Below, in pieces: positions 32,009-46,500 of a stretch of DNA of 64,000 nucleotides (its first letter is position 1; every line of letters starts with the position of its first letter). The notes beneath the pieces are model-generated. The model was not told the DNA's origin, did no database searches, and saw only the letters and a list, made by a program, of their open reading frames with translations. The position numbers and the translations under genes were made by a program. Source of the DNA: Eledone cirrhosa (taxonomy: Eukaryota); assembly GCA_964016885.1 (NCBI GenBank), contig OZ024741.1, positions 348,440,001 to 348,504,000 on the forward strand, written 5' to 3'.

Positions 32009-32140
32009 TTAATCTGTTATTTTAATAAATATTTGGTCTACGCTTCTTATATAAATGATATATATTTGATACATATTTGATATATATTTATACTTATCGA
32101 GGCCTCTTTGGATTTTAGTCTTCAAATTTATTGTTATTAA
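32009..32140 (+). mobile_element. Extreme 3' end of the 3119-4818 PLE family
   Basis: ttaatctgttattttaataaat...ttatcgag..ctctttgga.tttagtcttca.atttatt matches 4711-4815. Confidence 0.65.
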
Positions 32141-32461
32141 TATATATATATATATACATATGAAGGCTGTGGTGCCGAATCAGGGGAGACGAGTGATTAG
32201 ACTTGTCCATGTGTGCGCATTAATATGAATATATTCGTGTGCTAGTTTATCCCTGATTTTTTGTTCCTTCTTGTAAATTTGATAAAGGTTTTTCTGTCTC
32301 TATGCATTCCTAGGGCTTGCATTCTGTATGTAATTTCCAAAAATATTTAGTAAAAATCATTTGTTTTTTCTTTTACTTCAATCCATATGCTTAGAGAGAT
32401 ACGGAAAAACAAACTCCATACGTCGATGTATATGTGTTATGTAGATATATATATATAAATT

Positions 32462-32498
<37 letters not shown>

Positions 32499-32502
32499 AT
32501 GT

Positions 32503-32598
<96 letters not shown>

Positions 32599-32674
32599 AT
32601 GTATATGTATGTAAATAAATATATATACACGTAAGCAAAAACTATACAGAATTAACGAAGCAAACGAAACAACA

Positions 32675-32735
<61 letters not shown>

Positions 32736-32879
32736 TAGCGTATGTGTGTGTATGAATACATAACTGTATGTATCACATGACATTACACATACCATCTCAT
32801 TCTTGTATTATTACAAAGGTTTCAGGCTTCTAGCAGATATACATTTACGATTAACGAATGTTTTATTCTGATCTATGTA

Positions 32880-32942
<63 letters not shown>

Positions 32943-33936
32943 TTATGTTTGCTTCGTTATAAATATATATATAAAAATACGAACGTGTGTGTTTGCAGAG
33001 CGAAGGTGAATATAAATAGACATATGAATATTTTTGTATTAGGATATTATGTTTCATGTTCCAAGATTTTTTTATTCACACGTAATAATCGTATTAATAT
33101 GTATTTTAGCTTCTCCGTATAAATCTCAGTACATTCTAACATTAAATACACGCGCACACACGCACACCTGCCTGAATACATACATACAGACTGTATATAA
33201 TGTGTGTGCGAGTGAGCACAAATGCGAGTGTGTGAGTGTAGATGTTTTAATGTAATTTGATTAGATATACATTTAATTATATGAATGTAAGCATACATTT
33301 TACTATAGGGGCAATAAATCCCATTTCGTATTTTTGATTTTATCAGGAGAATATTCCAGATATAGTATATTGAATTTTTGTTCCAACTTACGTAATATTC
33401 TATTTGCATATCACGATTGAACATTATATAACCTTAGGTAGAGAGGGGAGGTAAGAAAGAAAAAAATCCTTAAAATTAATGCAATGGTATATACTAACGT
33501 ATTCCATTGCTTGCAAACCTCTGATTATTGAGGGGCTTGATTTTAATATGTGTGCATATAGATATATATAGTATTTTGGGGGAAAAGGGGAGTCATAATA
33601 ATCTTAAAGCTACAGTTTTCTCTATCTAATCTTACGAGTCACTGAAGTATTTTTAGTAGCTCACTCATCTCTTACAAACAGCAGCCAACTTTCTCATAAC
33701 ACACATCTGTTATATGAGATGAAATGGTCGTAGCTGAATGGACATTTGTTTGAACGAAGTTATCAAAGGCCTAAATCTCAACGTCATCCTAAACAACAGT
33801 CACATCCGTGCCATAAATGCTATTTAGTTTCAATTGAGTCCAGCAGGGGTAAATATAGAAATCTCATTTTAAAGGTAATTCGAACTGAACGTGATTAAAT
33901 TTATATAAACCCGCATTCACAGACACAGACACACAT

Positions 33937-33979
<43 letters not shown>

Positions 33980-34004
33980 CATTAGTATTGGTTGCATGTA
34001 TGCA

Positions 34005-34178
34005 TTAGTATCGTCAGAGGGTCGGACATGCTTTCCAGCATAGTTATGTCCCCTTACCATCTGAGTTCAAATCCTGCCGAGGTTAACTTTGCCTTTCATC
34101 CTTACGGGGTCGATAAAATAAAGTACCAGTAACGTACTGGGTAATTGCTGGCCTTGTGCCAAATGTAGAAACAATTAT
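34005..34178 (+). mobile_element. tRNA-head Nin/Deu-core SINE
   Basis: B box, core and tail motifs. Confidence 0.85.
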
Positions 34179-35035
34179 ATTTGCATACATAGACACACAA
34201 GCACATGCATATATATATTTATATATATATATATATATATACATACATACAAACATACACATATATATATATATGTATGTATATTGAATACTGGGAGGGG
34301 CAGGCTGTGAATCATCAAGTATAGATCTCCACTTGATTCTGCCTTCTCACGGAATTTGAAGCCAGCTCAAGGTAGCATCATAGTCCGTTCCATGTGGATC
34401 TGAAATTGCGTCTCATGAGGAAGCTTAGCGTGCGAGTGCGCACAAACAGGTATTATTTGATGGACACTCATCTCTCTTTCTCTCTCTCCCTGAAAATATA
34501 TATATATACAAAGAGAAAGAGCGAGCGAGATAGCGATTGAGGAAGAGGGAGAGGCGCGAATAGGTTGAACAATGAAAAAGAAAAAAATGAGGCTTTGTGT
34601 TTAAGTATTTCATTAGTTTACGTCTGTTTGGAAAGGTTAACTGAACTATGACCGTATCTATGTATCGACTAATCTTACCAGTCATTGAACTCCATTTTTT
34701 CTGTCTCGATGCAGTAGATCCATCACGCCCTGCTCGTCTCTATGAACGTATATATATATATATATATTAGATTATGTAGCTTGTCGTATAGAATGTGTGC
34801 TAATCCTGCCGCCAATTACTCTCTCAGAAATATACCTTGATTTTTACTTGAGAAATTCAGACTATGAGTGCACACCATATCAGTGCATGGATATTAATAG
34901 TGGTATATCATAAACCCGGACTATTCATAGTTTCTGTACTACATTCTGTTCAGCAGAGTTACGAATTAACACTACAACTATCATTCAAAGTAGGTAGACG
35001 AGTTATTCATATGTACATATATATATATAATAATA

Positions 35036-35160
35036 TGCGAGACAAACCACAAGCTTTCCATCTCAATTATACTTCTGAAAAGCATAAGAACTGTGAAACT
35101 GGTAAAGGAAATAAATATACATCCTTATAAAGACTTTACTTTTTCGATTTCCCTTCCTTA
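35036..35160 (+). mobile_element. Diverged copy of the 31701-31996 PLE terminus with hammerhead remnant (35072-35108)
   Basis: aaaccaca...tccatctcaa..tactt-CTGAAAA-gca taagaac tgt-GAAA-ctgg-TA-aagg-aaataaa. Confidence 0.6.
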
Positions 35161-35229
35161 TACATTCACCCGTGATGAACAACACGTTTTGTTTATTTAA
35201 AAGATACTCATTTTCTCATATATATATAG

Positions 35230-35441
<212 letters not shown>

Positions 35442-37516
35442 TTAATTAGTGAACAATAATGGGCACTATATGCAACTGAGGCTGCCATGAGAAATGCCAA
35501 CTTAAAACATTATGATATTTGATTGTCCTGCTCTGAAACAAAATGCTGGTCTCTCTTTTGTTCTGTAAGTGATACTATAAATGTGACCTTAAATCTTTTA
35601 GAAGCAAAAACACGGATTATTGCCCTCTATTTATAAAGACTATTGCTGTTCGCACTACTGCACCGAATCAATTTAAACTAATAGATTTCAAGTTCTAACT
35701 GCCATTTAAATTGACAATTTTATTCAAACTGAATTTGAAATAGTTAATGAACTGTCAATTACGTTCGCCATTATTTTGTTGAGATTACAATATCATGAAC
35801 CCATTCAGATAGTGGGTAGCATTTACCTTACGGTTACGACTGTCATATCAACAAGTAAGAGATTGTTTATTTCTCCAAAGAAATGCAATCATTTGGTTGA
35901 AATGCTCTGTTTTCCAAAAACAATGACTTAATAATTAAATCCTCAATTGCAGACATAAATTCCCATGTTTGATGAAAGAAGAGGAAAGCAACTGTGTTCC
36001 ATCAATTCTAGCACATGCACATATTCCATTAAAACATAGAATATGTGGATTATGATTTGTGGATTGTGTACTAAGAAAACAGTGACGATTGTTATGAAGA
36101 AATCTATTATTCTTATTGGGCGAAAGAGAGAGATCTTATCGCCTGTAAATTAGGAAAGATGTTTATTTTTTTAAATATATTTCGATCATCTAAAATATTG
36201 ATATCATCCAGAGAGAATCAATACGTTTCAGATAAGATTTGTTTATACCTGTAAACCATCTAATTTATAATTCTTGTTGCTGTATTGAATGTCTAAGAAT
36301 GTTTCAAAGAATCATTGATGTCTATCTAATTCTATCGAAGATTTTCTTTATCTCATGATTCCAATTACGACCATTCCGTTTTAAGCCATTTTATACCGTA
36401 CTCAAAGGAAGCTCTACCTCACTGCCAGTGAAAATTTGTGCCAATATCAGTGTCATAATCTCTTTCCCGAAATTATCTTTCTACATATCTAACTGGAGTT
36501 AGGTAAATAGAATCAATCGCCGATTAAAAACTGCGAAAATAGAGCATTTCTATTCGCCGATATTAAATCTAATAGAGTTCCACACTAGCTACATCTTTCC
36601 TTTCGCTTATATATATACACAATAAAAATCTTATACATATGAAGGACATTTCCTTGCTTTTTCTGATACACGAACTGTGTCTGGGCATAGAGTGCTTGTT
36701 TTCGTTCAACAACCAGTAATTCACTGAATAACCTACACTATATGGTGTGGGGTTTGTATGTGGTCATTTGTGTGTGCATGTGTTATAAGGAAACACGTGT
36801 TTACAGCTTTCGAAATCTGATACAATAATGTACATCTCATTTTCCGAAAGTTTTATTCTTTATTTGACAAGTGAATTCCCCGGTTCTTACGATTTATCCC
36901 ACGCTGCGTGTGTATGTATGTGCATTTTTACATGTGCATGTGTATGTGTGCATGCGTATATGTGTGCATATGTCCATGTGTATGGGTCTATGTTCATGTG
37001 TCCATGTGCCTGTGTCCATATGCATGTGTACATGTACATGTATGTATGTGCAAGTATACATGTGCATGTATACATGAGCTTAACATATCACTTTAATTGT
37101 GATGGTTCTATATGTGGATTTGCGCGGAAAACCATTCGAAGGCAATGCATTAAGTATATTTGGGGTTGCATCTGAAGAGGGTGATAGTGTTTCACAGCAC
37201 TGCATGAGTGTATGATGACTTCAGTGCTGTTTTTGTGAGTGCATAATTCATAACTAACATCTATTTATTCGAGTGCTCATACATATATCTATGTGTGTGT
37301 GTATGTGTGTGTGTGTTTGAGTGTGTGTGGGTATGTGTGTGTGTCTGTGTATGCGTGTGTGTAAAACGAAAATAAATAAAGCATACGACACAATACACTG
37401 ATAAAATCTATTAGTTTAACGCATAAAATATGAGAAAATGCACATTAGCGCTTCGGACACTAGTCCATCGGAGGATAGAATGAGAAATAAAAGATGAAAT
37501 ATAGAGATAAAAAGTG

Positions 37517-37634
37517 AGAAGAAGAAGAAGAAGAAGAAGAAGAAGAAGAAGAAGAAGAAGAAGAAGAAGAAGAAGAAGAAGAAGAAGAAGAAGAAGAAGA
37601 AGAAGAAGAAGAAGAAGAAGAAGAAGAAGAAGAA
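37517..37634. repeat. (GAA)n microsatellite
   Basis: Direct inspection. Confidence 0.95.
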
Positions 37635-37668
37635 ATTGAGGCAGAAAACACACGTACACATGCAGTCA

Positions 37669-37723
<55 letters not shown>

Positions 37724-37821
37724 CTCCTATTCTCAACATGATGCTTTGACACTAAAAACAATTATGTACCCTAAATGTTCTAAATGACTAGGATTTGGGT
37801 TACATGTTTCAACATTCCCTA

Positions 37822-37868
37822 TGCTCCGATGAAACCAGACTTCCATCTGAAAGAAACAAATGTCAGCA
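37822..37868 (+). ncRNA. Degenerate minimal type I hammerhead
   Basis: tgct-CCGATGA-aac caga cttcca tctg aaa-GAAA-caaatg-TC-agca, then AATAAA. Confidence 0.45.
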
Positions 37869-37924
37869 AATAAATATTCTAAGCTAAAATTTGATCGTTA
37901 TAACACTTTGTATATATATATATA

Positions 37925-38000
37925 TGAGCAAACATCACGAGCGCTCTATCTCAAAATTAATTTTGAAAAGCATTAGAAATGCGCAACCGGTAAAAACTTA
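37925..38000 (+). mobile_element. Third locus of the TTGAAAA-hammerhead PLE terminus
   Basis: tt-TTGAAAA-gcatt aga aatgc-GCAA-ccgg-TA-aaa. Stem II differs in sequence but still pairs. Confidence 0.55.
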
Positions 38001-38123
38001 AAACTAAAACTGAATATTAACCAATACTTATTACTAATTTATACTTATTCCTAATTAAACTATTTTTCACTGGGAAAAATTTGTCAGCATTATCTTTTCC
38101 TTTTACTAATATATATATATATA

Positions 38124-38284
38124 ACGAAGGAAATGTGGTAAGGAACCAGGTGGACCATAACGCACCAAAGTACTCAATACTTGAGGTAGTAGAGTGGGTA
38201 ATAGGAACCAGTAAGACCCCGACAGCTGAGCTCAAGCCGTTTCGACGGCTTGAGCTCAGCTGTCGGGGTCTTACTGGTTCCTAT
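38124..38284 (-). mobile_element. PLE-like terminus with a perfect 40 bp fold-back hairpin (38201-38284); related fragment at ~30868-30935
   Basis: Stem 38201-38240 / 38245-38284 with a TTCG loop. The minus strand reads cGAAA-cggct tgagctc agctg-TC-gggg. Confidence 0.7.
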
Positions 38285-38803
38285 ATATATATATATATAT
38301 ATGCAGAGAGGTGATAGAGAGACAGGGACAGGGAGATTGCTTTTGTATATATATATCTATCTATATATATATATATATATGACTGCATTGTTATATTATT
38401 GAAACAGGATCAAGAATACACCAATGTCAAAAGGACGGTGAATATAAAGTGTGCAATTATAATGAGTTCATCAAATTACTTAATTAGATGTTTGACATGT
38501 TTACAAATAATGATTTAACATAATTACATAGTCACGACAATAATTGCAATGTTGTATACACTTCTAATAATAATTCAGGAATTTAATCACGTTAATACAT
38601 TTAAATATTTCACACAATACCAATATAAGTTGATTTTATAATTCTATAATTATATGATTACATAGTTAGTTAACCTCTGTATCTTGATCTTACGTTTGAT
38701 ACATACTCAAAAAATAGGCACATTCATGCCCTCACACACCCCCACACGAACAAAAGCATGCACATACACACACACACACACACACAGACAGACGCAAACA
38801 CAT

Positions 38804-38836
<33 letters not shown>

Positions 38837-38837
38837 A

Positions 38838-38868
<31 letters not shown>

Positions 38869-39001
38869 TATATACATATTTATATATATATATTTTTTTT
38901 TTTAGGACGATCGACTTTCGTCAAATCGGACCGAGGGAACAATGTTTCCGTTGGTCTTTCCAATTACTAATACTATCTATCGATCGCAACTCCAGGTAGA
39001 A

Positions 39002-39119
39002 GGAGCAACGTGAAATAAAGTGTCTTGCTCAAGGACACAACGCGTCGCCTGGTCCAGGAATCGAACTCACAACCTTACGATTGCGAATCCAATTCTCTAA
39101 CCACTCAGCCACACGCCTT
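39002..39119 (-). mobile_element. Second tRNA-derived SINE family (5' head fragment)
   Basis: Reverse strand ggcgtgtggctgagtggttagag...gttcgattcc...gtgtccttgagcaagacact. Confidence 0.8.
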
Positions 39120-39144
39120 CACTATTTATATATATATATATACA

Positions 39145-39176
<32 letters not shown>

Positions 39177-39179
39177 AAT

Positions 39180-39252
<73 letters not shown>

Positions 39253-39458
39253 TAAATTGCTTGCAGATCATATTTCAGTATCGACTGAAATCCATCATAG
39301 CTTTCGATATATCATTAGAAACAAAGTGAATACCCGGCACATAAAGATATACACACGTATATATAATATATGTATACACACATCTATCTCTCTCTCTACA
39401 TATATATATATATATATATATCCGAGTATATAATTAAATAATTGTGTATATATATATA

Positions 39459-39499
<41 letters not shown>

Positions 39500-40491
39500 A
39501 CGTGATTGCTTATATACGTATTTGTATTAGAATTATAAAAGAGTTTCTTCAATAATCAATCGTATGACATACGCAAAACATAAATGTAACTTTCTTTTTT
39601 TAGTAAATTTCTGTCTTTTACACTTTCTTAGAGCACTCTCCCACAATTCTGCTTGAATAAATACTCTCTCTCTCTCTATCTCACTCACACACACACAAAC
39701 ACACGCACACAGATCAACACGCACACACACTCACATATGTATATGTGTGTGTAAATATGTGTCTGTAAATATGTATATGTGTGTATATAGAAAATGTTAA
39801 GAAAGGAAAGCAATACACAAACAGAGAGATACACATATAGTGGAAGTGGTTTTAAGTATGCATAAAATAGATATATTAGCAAATTCTGTATGCATAAAAT
39901 AGATATATTAGCAAGTTCATATATAACACATATGCAAATGTATTTACCTATATCAATCAACATATTTACGAAATATTCTCAGTTCATATTTATGTGTAGC
40001 AAGAAACCTTTCCAGTGTGCATTTACGAAAGGCCCTATGTTGCAAATATTACGACCCGACCATTTCTCCTGCGGGTATGGAATGCGTTTTGAGGTCAATC
40101 TTTTCCTTAAAAATCTGTATATATGTTTTCAAAAATCATTTATTTCATGTCGATTTGTGTCATGTCATACTGAGGGGTGACTTACGCAAATATTTACGCC
40201 TATAACCTGAATTTGACAAATGTCACGTGATGAAACTTTTATCGCTGGAAATTTTACTGCAGCTCATCATTCATAGAAATAAATATGGGAATGTATGTCC
40301 TTTATTGTTTTGGTGACTTTCCATATTGACAAATAGGAACGAGTAATTAAATATGAGACACATGAAAATTTACCAGCACTATAATGATTCAGTATTTGAG
40401 TAAATAATGATCCAATAAGAATAAGAAAATTAAAATAAGAATATGAAAACACGTTCAAACAGCTGGCATAAATACGTTTTAACCATATAAT

Positions 40492-40678
40492 TGTTTTTAT
40501 TTTAGGCACAAGGCCAGCAAATACCCAGTACATTACTGGTACTTTATTTTATCGACCCCGTAAGGATGAAAGGCAAAGTTAACCTCGGCGGGAGTTGGAC
40601 GCAGATCATAAAGGGACGTAACTCTATGCTTCAAAGCATGGTGTCCGACTCTCTACCGATACTGCCAAACCACCGCCC
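40492..40678 (-). mobile_element. tRNA-head Nin/Deu-core SINE
   Basis: 13 bp TSD ttaaccatataat at 40479-40491 and 40679-40691. Confidence 0.9.
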
Positions 40679-41745
40679 TTAACCATATAATGTAACATTG
40701 GATGAGTTTGGCAACTTGTAACCTCTAAATGCACTGATAAATAAAGTCGTAGCACAAATAAAACTTTCAGAGATAGGCAATATTTGTTTTACGTCGTTAG
40801 TGAAGAGTCCTTGAAGGGCGAAAGCAGATACATTGAGCCGGTCGGGAATCCTGATACTATTCAGTAAGAACACATATCTTTAAGTTGAATACCTGTTATT
40901 ATTTTGCGGTATGCCAAGCCTAAATATTTCTTACCAATAAAAAAAACTTCTGGCATGTGATCAACCCATGATGTTTTGTCAGACAAAATATATGCAAGTT
41001 ATGTTCTTCTCCTGTAGTTCTTTTATTTTATGAAGGTAGATATGATTTCATAGATTTTTAGCTGTTGTTTCTTGATTGTATGATATTGCTTATGATTTCG
41101 CTGCTATGTGTCTCTAGCTAATCACTAAATAACTATAATTCAATTGGGTCAAATATACATTTGATTCTATAATTTTATATCGAAAATAATTGTTTCTACG
41201 TTAGGCACAATTTTATATCGAAAATAATGTGTAGTCAACAGACATCAATATTGAATTCTCTTAGAAAGAAATGTATTTGGCAGACACAAAGATAGTTCTA
41301 TCATTAAAGTCATCAGTAATGTTTCCCCGGTGCTGGAGCGTCTGGTGTACAGACAGTAATCAAACAATTCGTGATAGAAAACTATTTAGGTGTCCTAGCT
41401 ACGTTGATGTCTGTGACAGTTTCGGATATTCATCTACTGCATTTTAACTATAGCCCTGCAGGTAAATCAAAGATTTCGCAGACAGTATTCAAAATTTGGA
41501 TATCTTATCAATAATTAATATTGATCGGGAAAAATATTTTAATATTATTTGTTTTTCTTTACCACTCACAGCTTGAAATATTTTAAAGAATAATAATTTA
41601 CACATGAAATATCAGAAAAAGATGTGACCATTATTCTCGAATTTCAATAATACATTTTATATATAATGATAATTGTAACAAACATGATAACAACAACAAC
41701 AACAACAACGATTTTGATGATGATAATAATAATGATAATAATAAT

Positions 41746-42090
41746 GTGGATGTGGCCTGCCCATTCGACACGAGAGTGCAAGAGAAGGAGAGGGAGAAAA
41801 TTAACCGATACCAGGACTTAAAGTGGGAGGTAAAAAGGATTTGGAACTGCCATGAAGTCAAAGTGGTCCCGATTGTCATAGGCGCACTAGGTACTATCTC
41901 AAAAAGTTTCCAGGGATGGTTAAAGAAAATTGGCCCCGCCACGATTTTTGGAACACTTCAAAAGGCATGCTTGCTGGGAACAGCAATAACCCTCCGATAC
42001 GTCCTGAATATCTGAGGCTGCAAGTAGTGGCTTGATATTCATTTCAACAAACTTTCCAATTAACTAACATCAATAACTGAGACTCATAGA
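41746..42090 (+). mobile_element. 5'-truncated R4/Dong LINE (RLE C-terminus plus 3' UTR)
   Basis: DVACPFD...LRYVLNI* is nearly identical to the end of ORF 43550..46942. Flanked by (AAT)n. Confidence 0.93.
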
Positions 42091-42095
42091 ACAAC

Positions 42096-42171
<76 letters not shown>
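42091..42171. repeat. (AAT)n target/tail tract
   Basis: Direct inspection. Confidence 0.95.
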
Positions 42172-42336
42172 GGGAAGAAGACGCACGAGGTGACGGAGGT
42201 CATGAAATCGCTCCCGTAAGTTTTGAATTTTTAACATATTTAAATCATATGTGAAATAACAACTCTTAGTACAAATGCTACGTAAAGCACCCGGCTTGAG
42301 CCCCAAAAAATTCGGACCCAAAATATATTGTTATAA

Positions 42337-42978
42337 GGCTCAAATATTCAAATATTCAACTTTGTATTGTACACTGTATATCCAAAAAAAATGGCTATAA
42401 ATGGAAGAAGAAGAACCCCCCCCCTCCTCTCCTCTGGCTACACTATATAGGACAGCTAAACTCACCAACACCAGAAACTAGATACACCACCCACCCCATC
42501 ATCTGTGTACACTAAACACAACAGCATTTTCACCTTCACCGCCACCGCTCACTACTGCCATCATTACCACCACTATCCCATCACCGCCGCCACCACCCCT
42601 TGACTCCTTCACTGCTGCTGCCACCGCTACAGCACCATCACTACAGTAATACGGCTCAAATATTCAAATATTCAACTTTGTATTGTACACTGTATATCCA
42701 AAAAAAAAAATAAAATGGCTATAAATGGAAGAAGAAGAACCCCCCCCCCCTCCTCTCCTCTGGCTACACTATATAGGACAGCGAAACTCACCAACACCAG
42801 AAACTAGATACACCACCCACCCCATCATCTGTGTACACTAAACACAACAGTATTTTCACCTTCACCGCCACCGCTCACTACGGCCATCATTACCACCACT
42901 ATCCCATCACCGCCGCCACCACCCCCTGACTCCTTCACTGCTGCTGCCACCGCTACAGCACCATCACTACAGTAATAC
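42337..42978 (+). repeat. Tandem duplication (~316 / ~326 bp units) in the putative 5' UTR
   Basis: ggctcaaatattcaaatattcaac...cactacagtaatac occurs at 42337 and 42653. Confidence 0.92.
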
Positions 42979-43549
42979 GGTCGCATCACCGCCACCACTG
43001 CCTCGGTACCGACATCACCACCACCACTGTCTCAGTATCGCCAACGCCGCCAGTCTCTGCTGGCTACCACTTCCACATTATAGAATTCCTACTACTAACA
43101 AAGAGGAAGGCATCAAAATATATAGATAGACTCAAAAGAAAAAAGAAAAAACAAACAACAAAAGCAGCACAGCAACAACAGTAAAAAACGAGAAAAACAG
43201 AGAAAAACAAAAACAAAAAAAGAAACCCCAAAAACGTAAAGAAAATAAGAATGAAGAGAGAAGCAGGCGGACGGACAGAGAAGAGGGGGGAAAAAGTAAA
43301 ACTTAAAAAACAAAAACTAAGTCAGACATTCGAATACTACATTACAATGAAACTTATGCTTATTCATTTTTGGGGCCCTTTCTGCCCGTGTGTTTGTTTG
43401 TTTATGTGTGTCCGTATACAGCGTGGTGATAATGCCACACAAGGGCCAAGTGGGATGGCGGATCCACAGATGGCTATGTAAACATACATTCGCCAATCCT
43501 CGATAAGAGTGTTTAAATATCGAACATAAACAGTTCGAATAACGGTGAA

Positions 43550-46500
43550 ATGGAGTCTAGAACGTCATGTGACAGACTCTCACCCAACAGGTGCCCCCTG
43601 GCTCAGCAGCAGGAACCTGACTGTCAACCAAATACTGCTGATGTTGGAGGAAGAAGAAGAAGGAAAGGGGCCAGAACCAACTGGACGAAAGAATTGAATA
43701 GAACTGTTATGCAATGCTACCTGAAAAGTAACTCCAAGGAGAGGGGCTACAGGAGACGGATGCATAACATCTGGAACGAGATTGGTTTATTTAAATTAGA
43801 TGAACAAAAATTGGCCGGGCAGGCTCGGGTAATAAGAACTAATGGGTGGATAAGCGAGCTGGAACTGGAGGAACTGAGCAGAGAGAATGGCTTGGAGATG
43901 GCGGGTGTAGTATGCCAGACAAGCGAGCCGGCGGGAAATGAAGGTGAGGAGGTCCTGAGAACGGAGGAACCACCCGAAGCAGACAATGATCTGAATACTG
44001 AGATAAATAATACCTGGAACAGAGATACGGCCACTGAGGAGATGAATGCTGACGGGCTAGGACAAGATTCGGTTGACATCCTAAATTTAGTGGTAGATGA
44101 GTTGAACAATGATAGTGGGAGACCTATGAACCTAAGATTTGTAAACAGGAAAAAGTTAAAAGAAACAACAGCTAAGGTAAACAAAGTCATCCCATACCTT
44201 GAGGCGAGGAGTCTTCACCAGTGCAACAATATCCTCAAAGCAACAGCAAATACGGTGAGGAAACTACTTGGTATAAAAGCGAGAGGAAACAACAGACAAG
44301 AAAGAGCAGAGCCGTGGTGGAGGAAGCGACTGAGTGGGCAAATCGGGGAAATGAGAAATGACATAGGAAAGCTTGAGTCACTACTGAATGGGACACTAAA
44401 AAACATAGGCACTAAAAATAGACTGGAAATAAAATACAAAACTAGGAGTAAAAAGCTAAATATTATCATAGAGGAATTGAAGCAACGCATTGTAGCAAAG
44501 AGTGCCAAAATCAGGCGATACGAGAACAGAGTCAGTCAGTATAAACAGAACCGCATGTTCGACAACAACCAGAAGATGCTGTGTGGACAGCTTGAGGGGA
44601 AAGAAAGAGGCAACGACTTGATCCCTGGGGCGGAACAAGCTAAAACATTCTGGAGAGGAATATGGGAGCAGGATGTTAGACACAATGCCCAGGCAGGGTG
44701 GATTGAGACAGTACAGAGGGAGATCGGTGAGCAGGCACAGCAACAGACTGATTTGAGTATCACAGTTGAAACTCTTAAGGGGCAAGCCAAAAAACTAACC
44801 AACTGGAAATCACCAGGCCCAGATGGTGTGCAGGGGTATTGGATTAAACATTTAACATCCCTCCACCCGAAGCTGACGGCCATGTTCAATGACTGCTTGG
44901 TGTCGGGTGGGGTGCCAGAGTGGTTGACAAAAGGTACCACAGTTCTGATAATGAAAGACCGAATCAAGGGTAATGATGTTACCAACTATAGACCTATCAC
45001 ATGTCTGCCCGTAATGTGGAAACTGTTGACGAGCATTGTGTCTGAGGAAATCTACCATCACCTCCACACAAACAACTTGTTGCCGGACGAACAGAAAGGA
45101 TGCCGAAAGAAGTCACGTGGTACAAAGGACCAGTTGCTTATTGATAAGATGGTAATGGGGAATTGCAGGAGGAGACACACTGATCTTGCCATGGGATGGA
45201 TAGACTACAGAAAGGCATTTGACATGGTGCCTCATTCCTGGATCACCAAAAGCCTGGAGATCTTCAGGGTGGCAGATAACATCAGACAGTTGCTGGGCAG
45301 GAGTATGGGGTCCTGGGAGACAGAGTTGACATCAACTGGAGTATCCTTGGGAAGCGTGAAGATCAAGAGAGGTATCTTCCAGGGAGATAGCCTGTCCCCT
45401 CTGTTGTTTGTCCTTGCCCTGATGCCCTTGACCATTATGCTGCGAAAAGTGAGAGCAGGATACAAGTTGGGAAGGGGAGAGCTTACCATCAATCACCTCC
45501 TCTTCATGGACGATCTTAAGCTCTTCGGGAAAAGTGAGAAGGAGTTGGATGTGCTTGTTGACACTGTCCGTATTTTCAGCAGTGATATATGTATGCAGTT
45601 TGGTATTGGTAAATGTGGAGTCATTGTGATGAGGAGGGGTAGGTTGAGCAGAAGTAACGGGATCCAGATACCAACAGGTGAGATGATAAAGGAAATTGAC
45701 TCTGAGGAAGGATACAAGTATTTGGGCGTTCTGGAGGCTGATGGCATAAAGAACAAAAAAATGAAGGAATTGTTAAGAACTGAATACATTCGGAGAGTAA
45801 GGAGCGTATTGAAGTCACATCTGAACAGCAGAAATGCCATAAGCGCAGTAAATTCCCGAGCTGTGTCTATTATTAGGTACAGTGCGGGAATCCTGAGATG
45901 GAATGTTGCTGAACAAAAAGAAATGGATAGGAAGACTAGGAAGCTATTGACTATCTACAACATGTTCCACAAGAGGAGTGATGTCGATAGACTCTACCTA
46001 AGGAGATCTGAGGGTGGAAGAGGTCTTATCAGCATAGAGGACTGTGTTCAGATGGAGAAAAACAACCTATACAAATACGTGACCTATAGTAAGGAGCCAA
46101 TGCTCAGAGCTGTACTGAAGGAGGGGACAGTAGGCCAGGGGATACCCAAGGAGGAAATAACATCAAGGAGGAAGAGCAGCCTTAAGGGAAAATCCCTTCA
46201 TAGTACCTTCTTTGAGAAAACTGAATTTAGAGATCCACAGACATGGAACTGGTTGAGAAGAGGAGACCTCAAAAAGGCTACAGAAGGAATGCTAATGGCT
46301 GCGCAGGAGCAGGCCCTCAAAACGAAGTGGTTGAAGCACCATATCTACAAGGAGGAGGCTAGCCCACTGTGCAGGATCTGTGGAGAGAGAGAGGAGACTG
46401 TGGCTCACATTGTGTCCGAGTGTAAACACCTAGCCCAGACCCACTATAAGGGCTGGAGACACGATGTGATGGGCTGGGTGATCCACTGGCACCTGTGCAA

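Noticed and set aside
39040-39119. Possible tRNA gene on the minus strand
   Set aside because: No proper acceptor stem, and it continues into SINE body sequence.
40795-40850. gTGAAGA-gtcc ttgaa gggc-GAAA hammerhead-like half
   Set aside because: Stem II forms, but no convincing stem I or III and C3 is altered.
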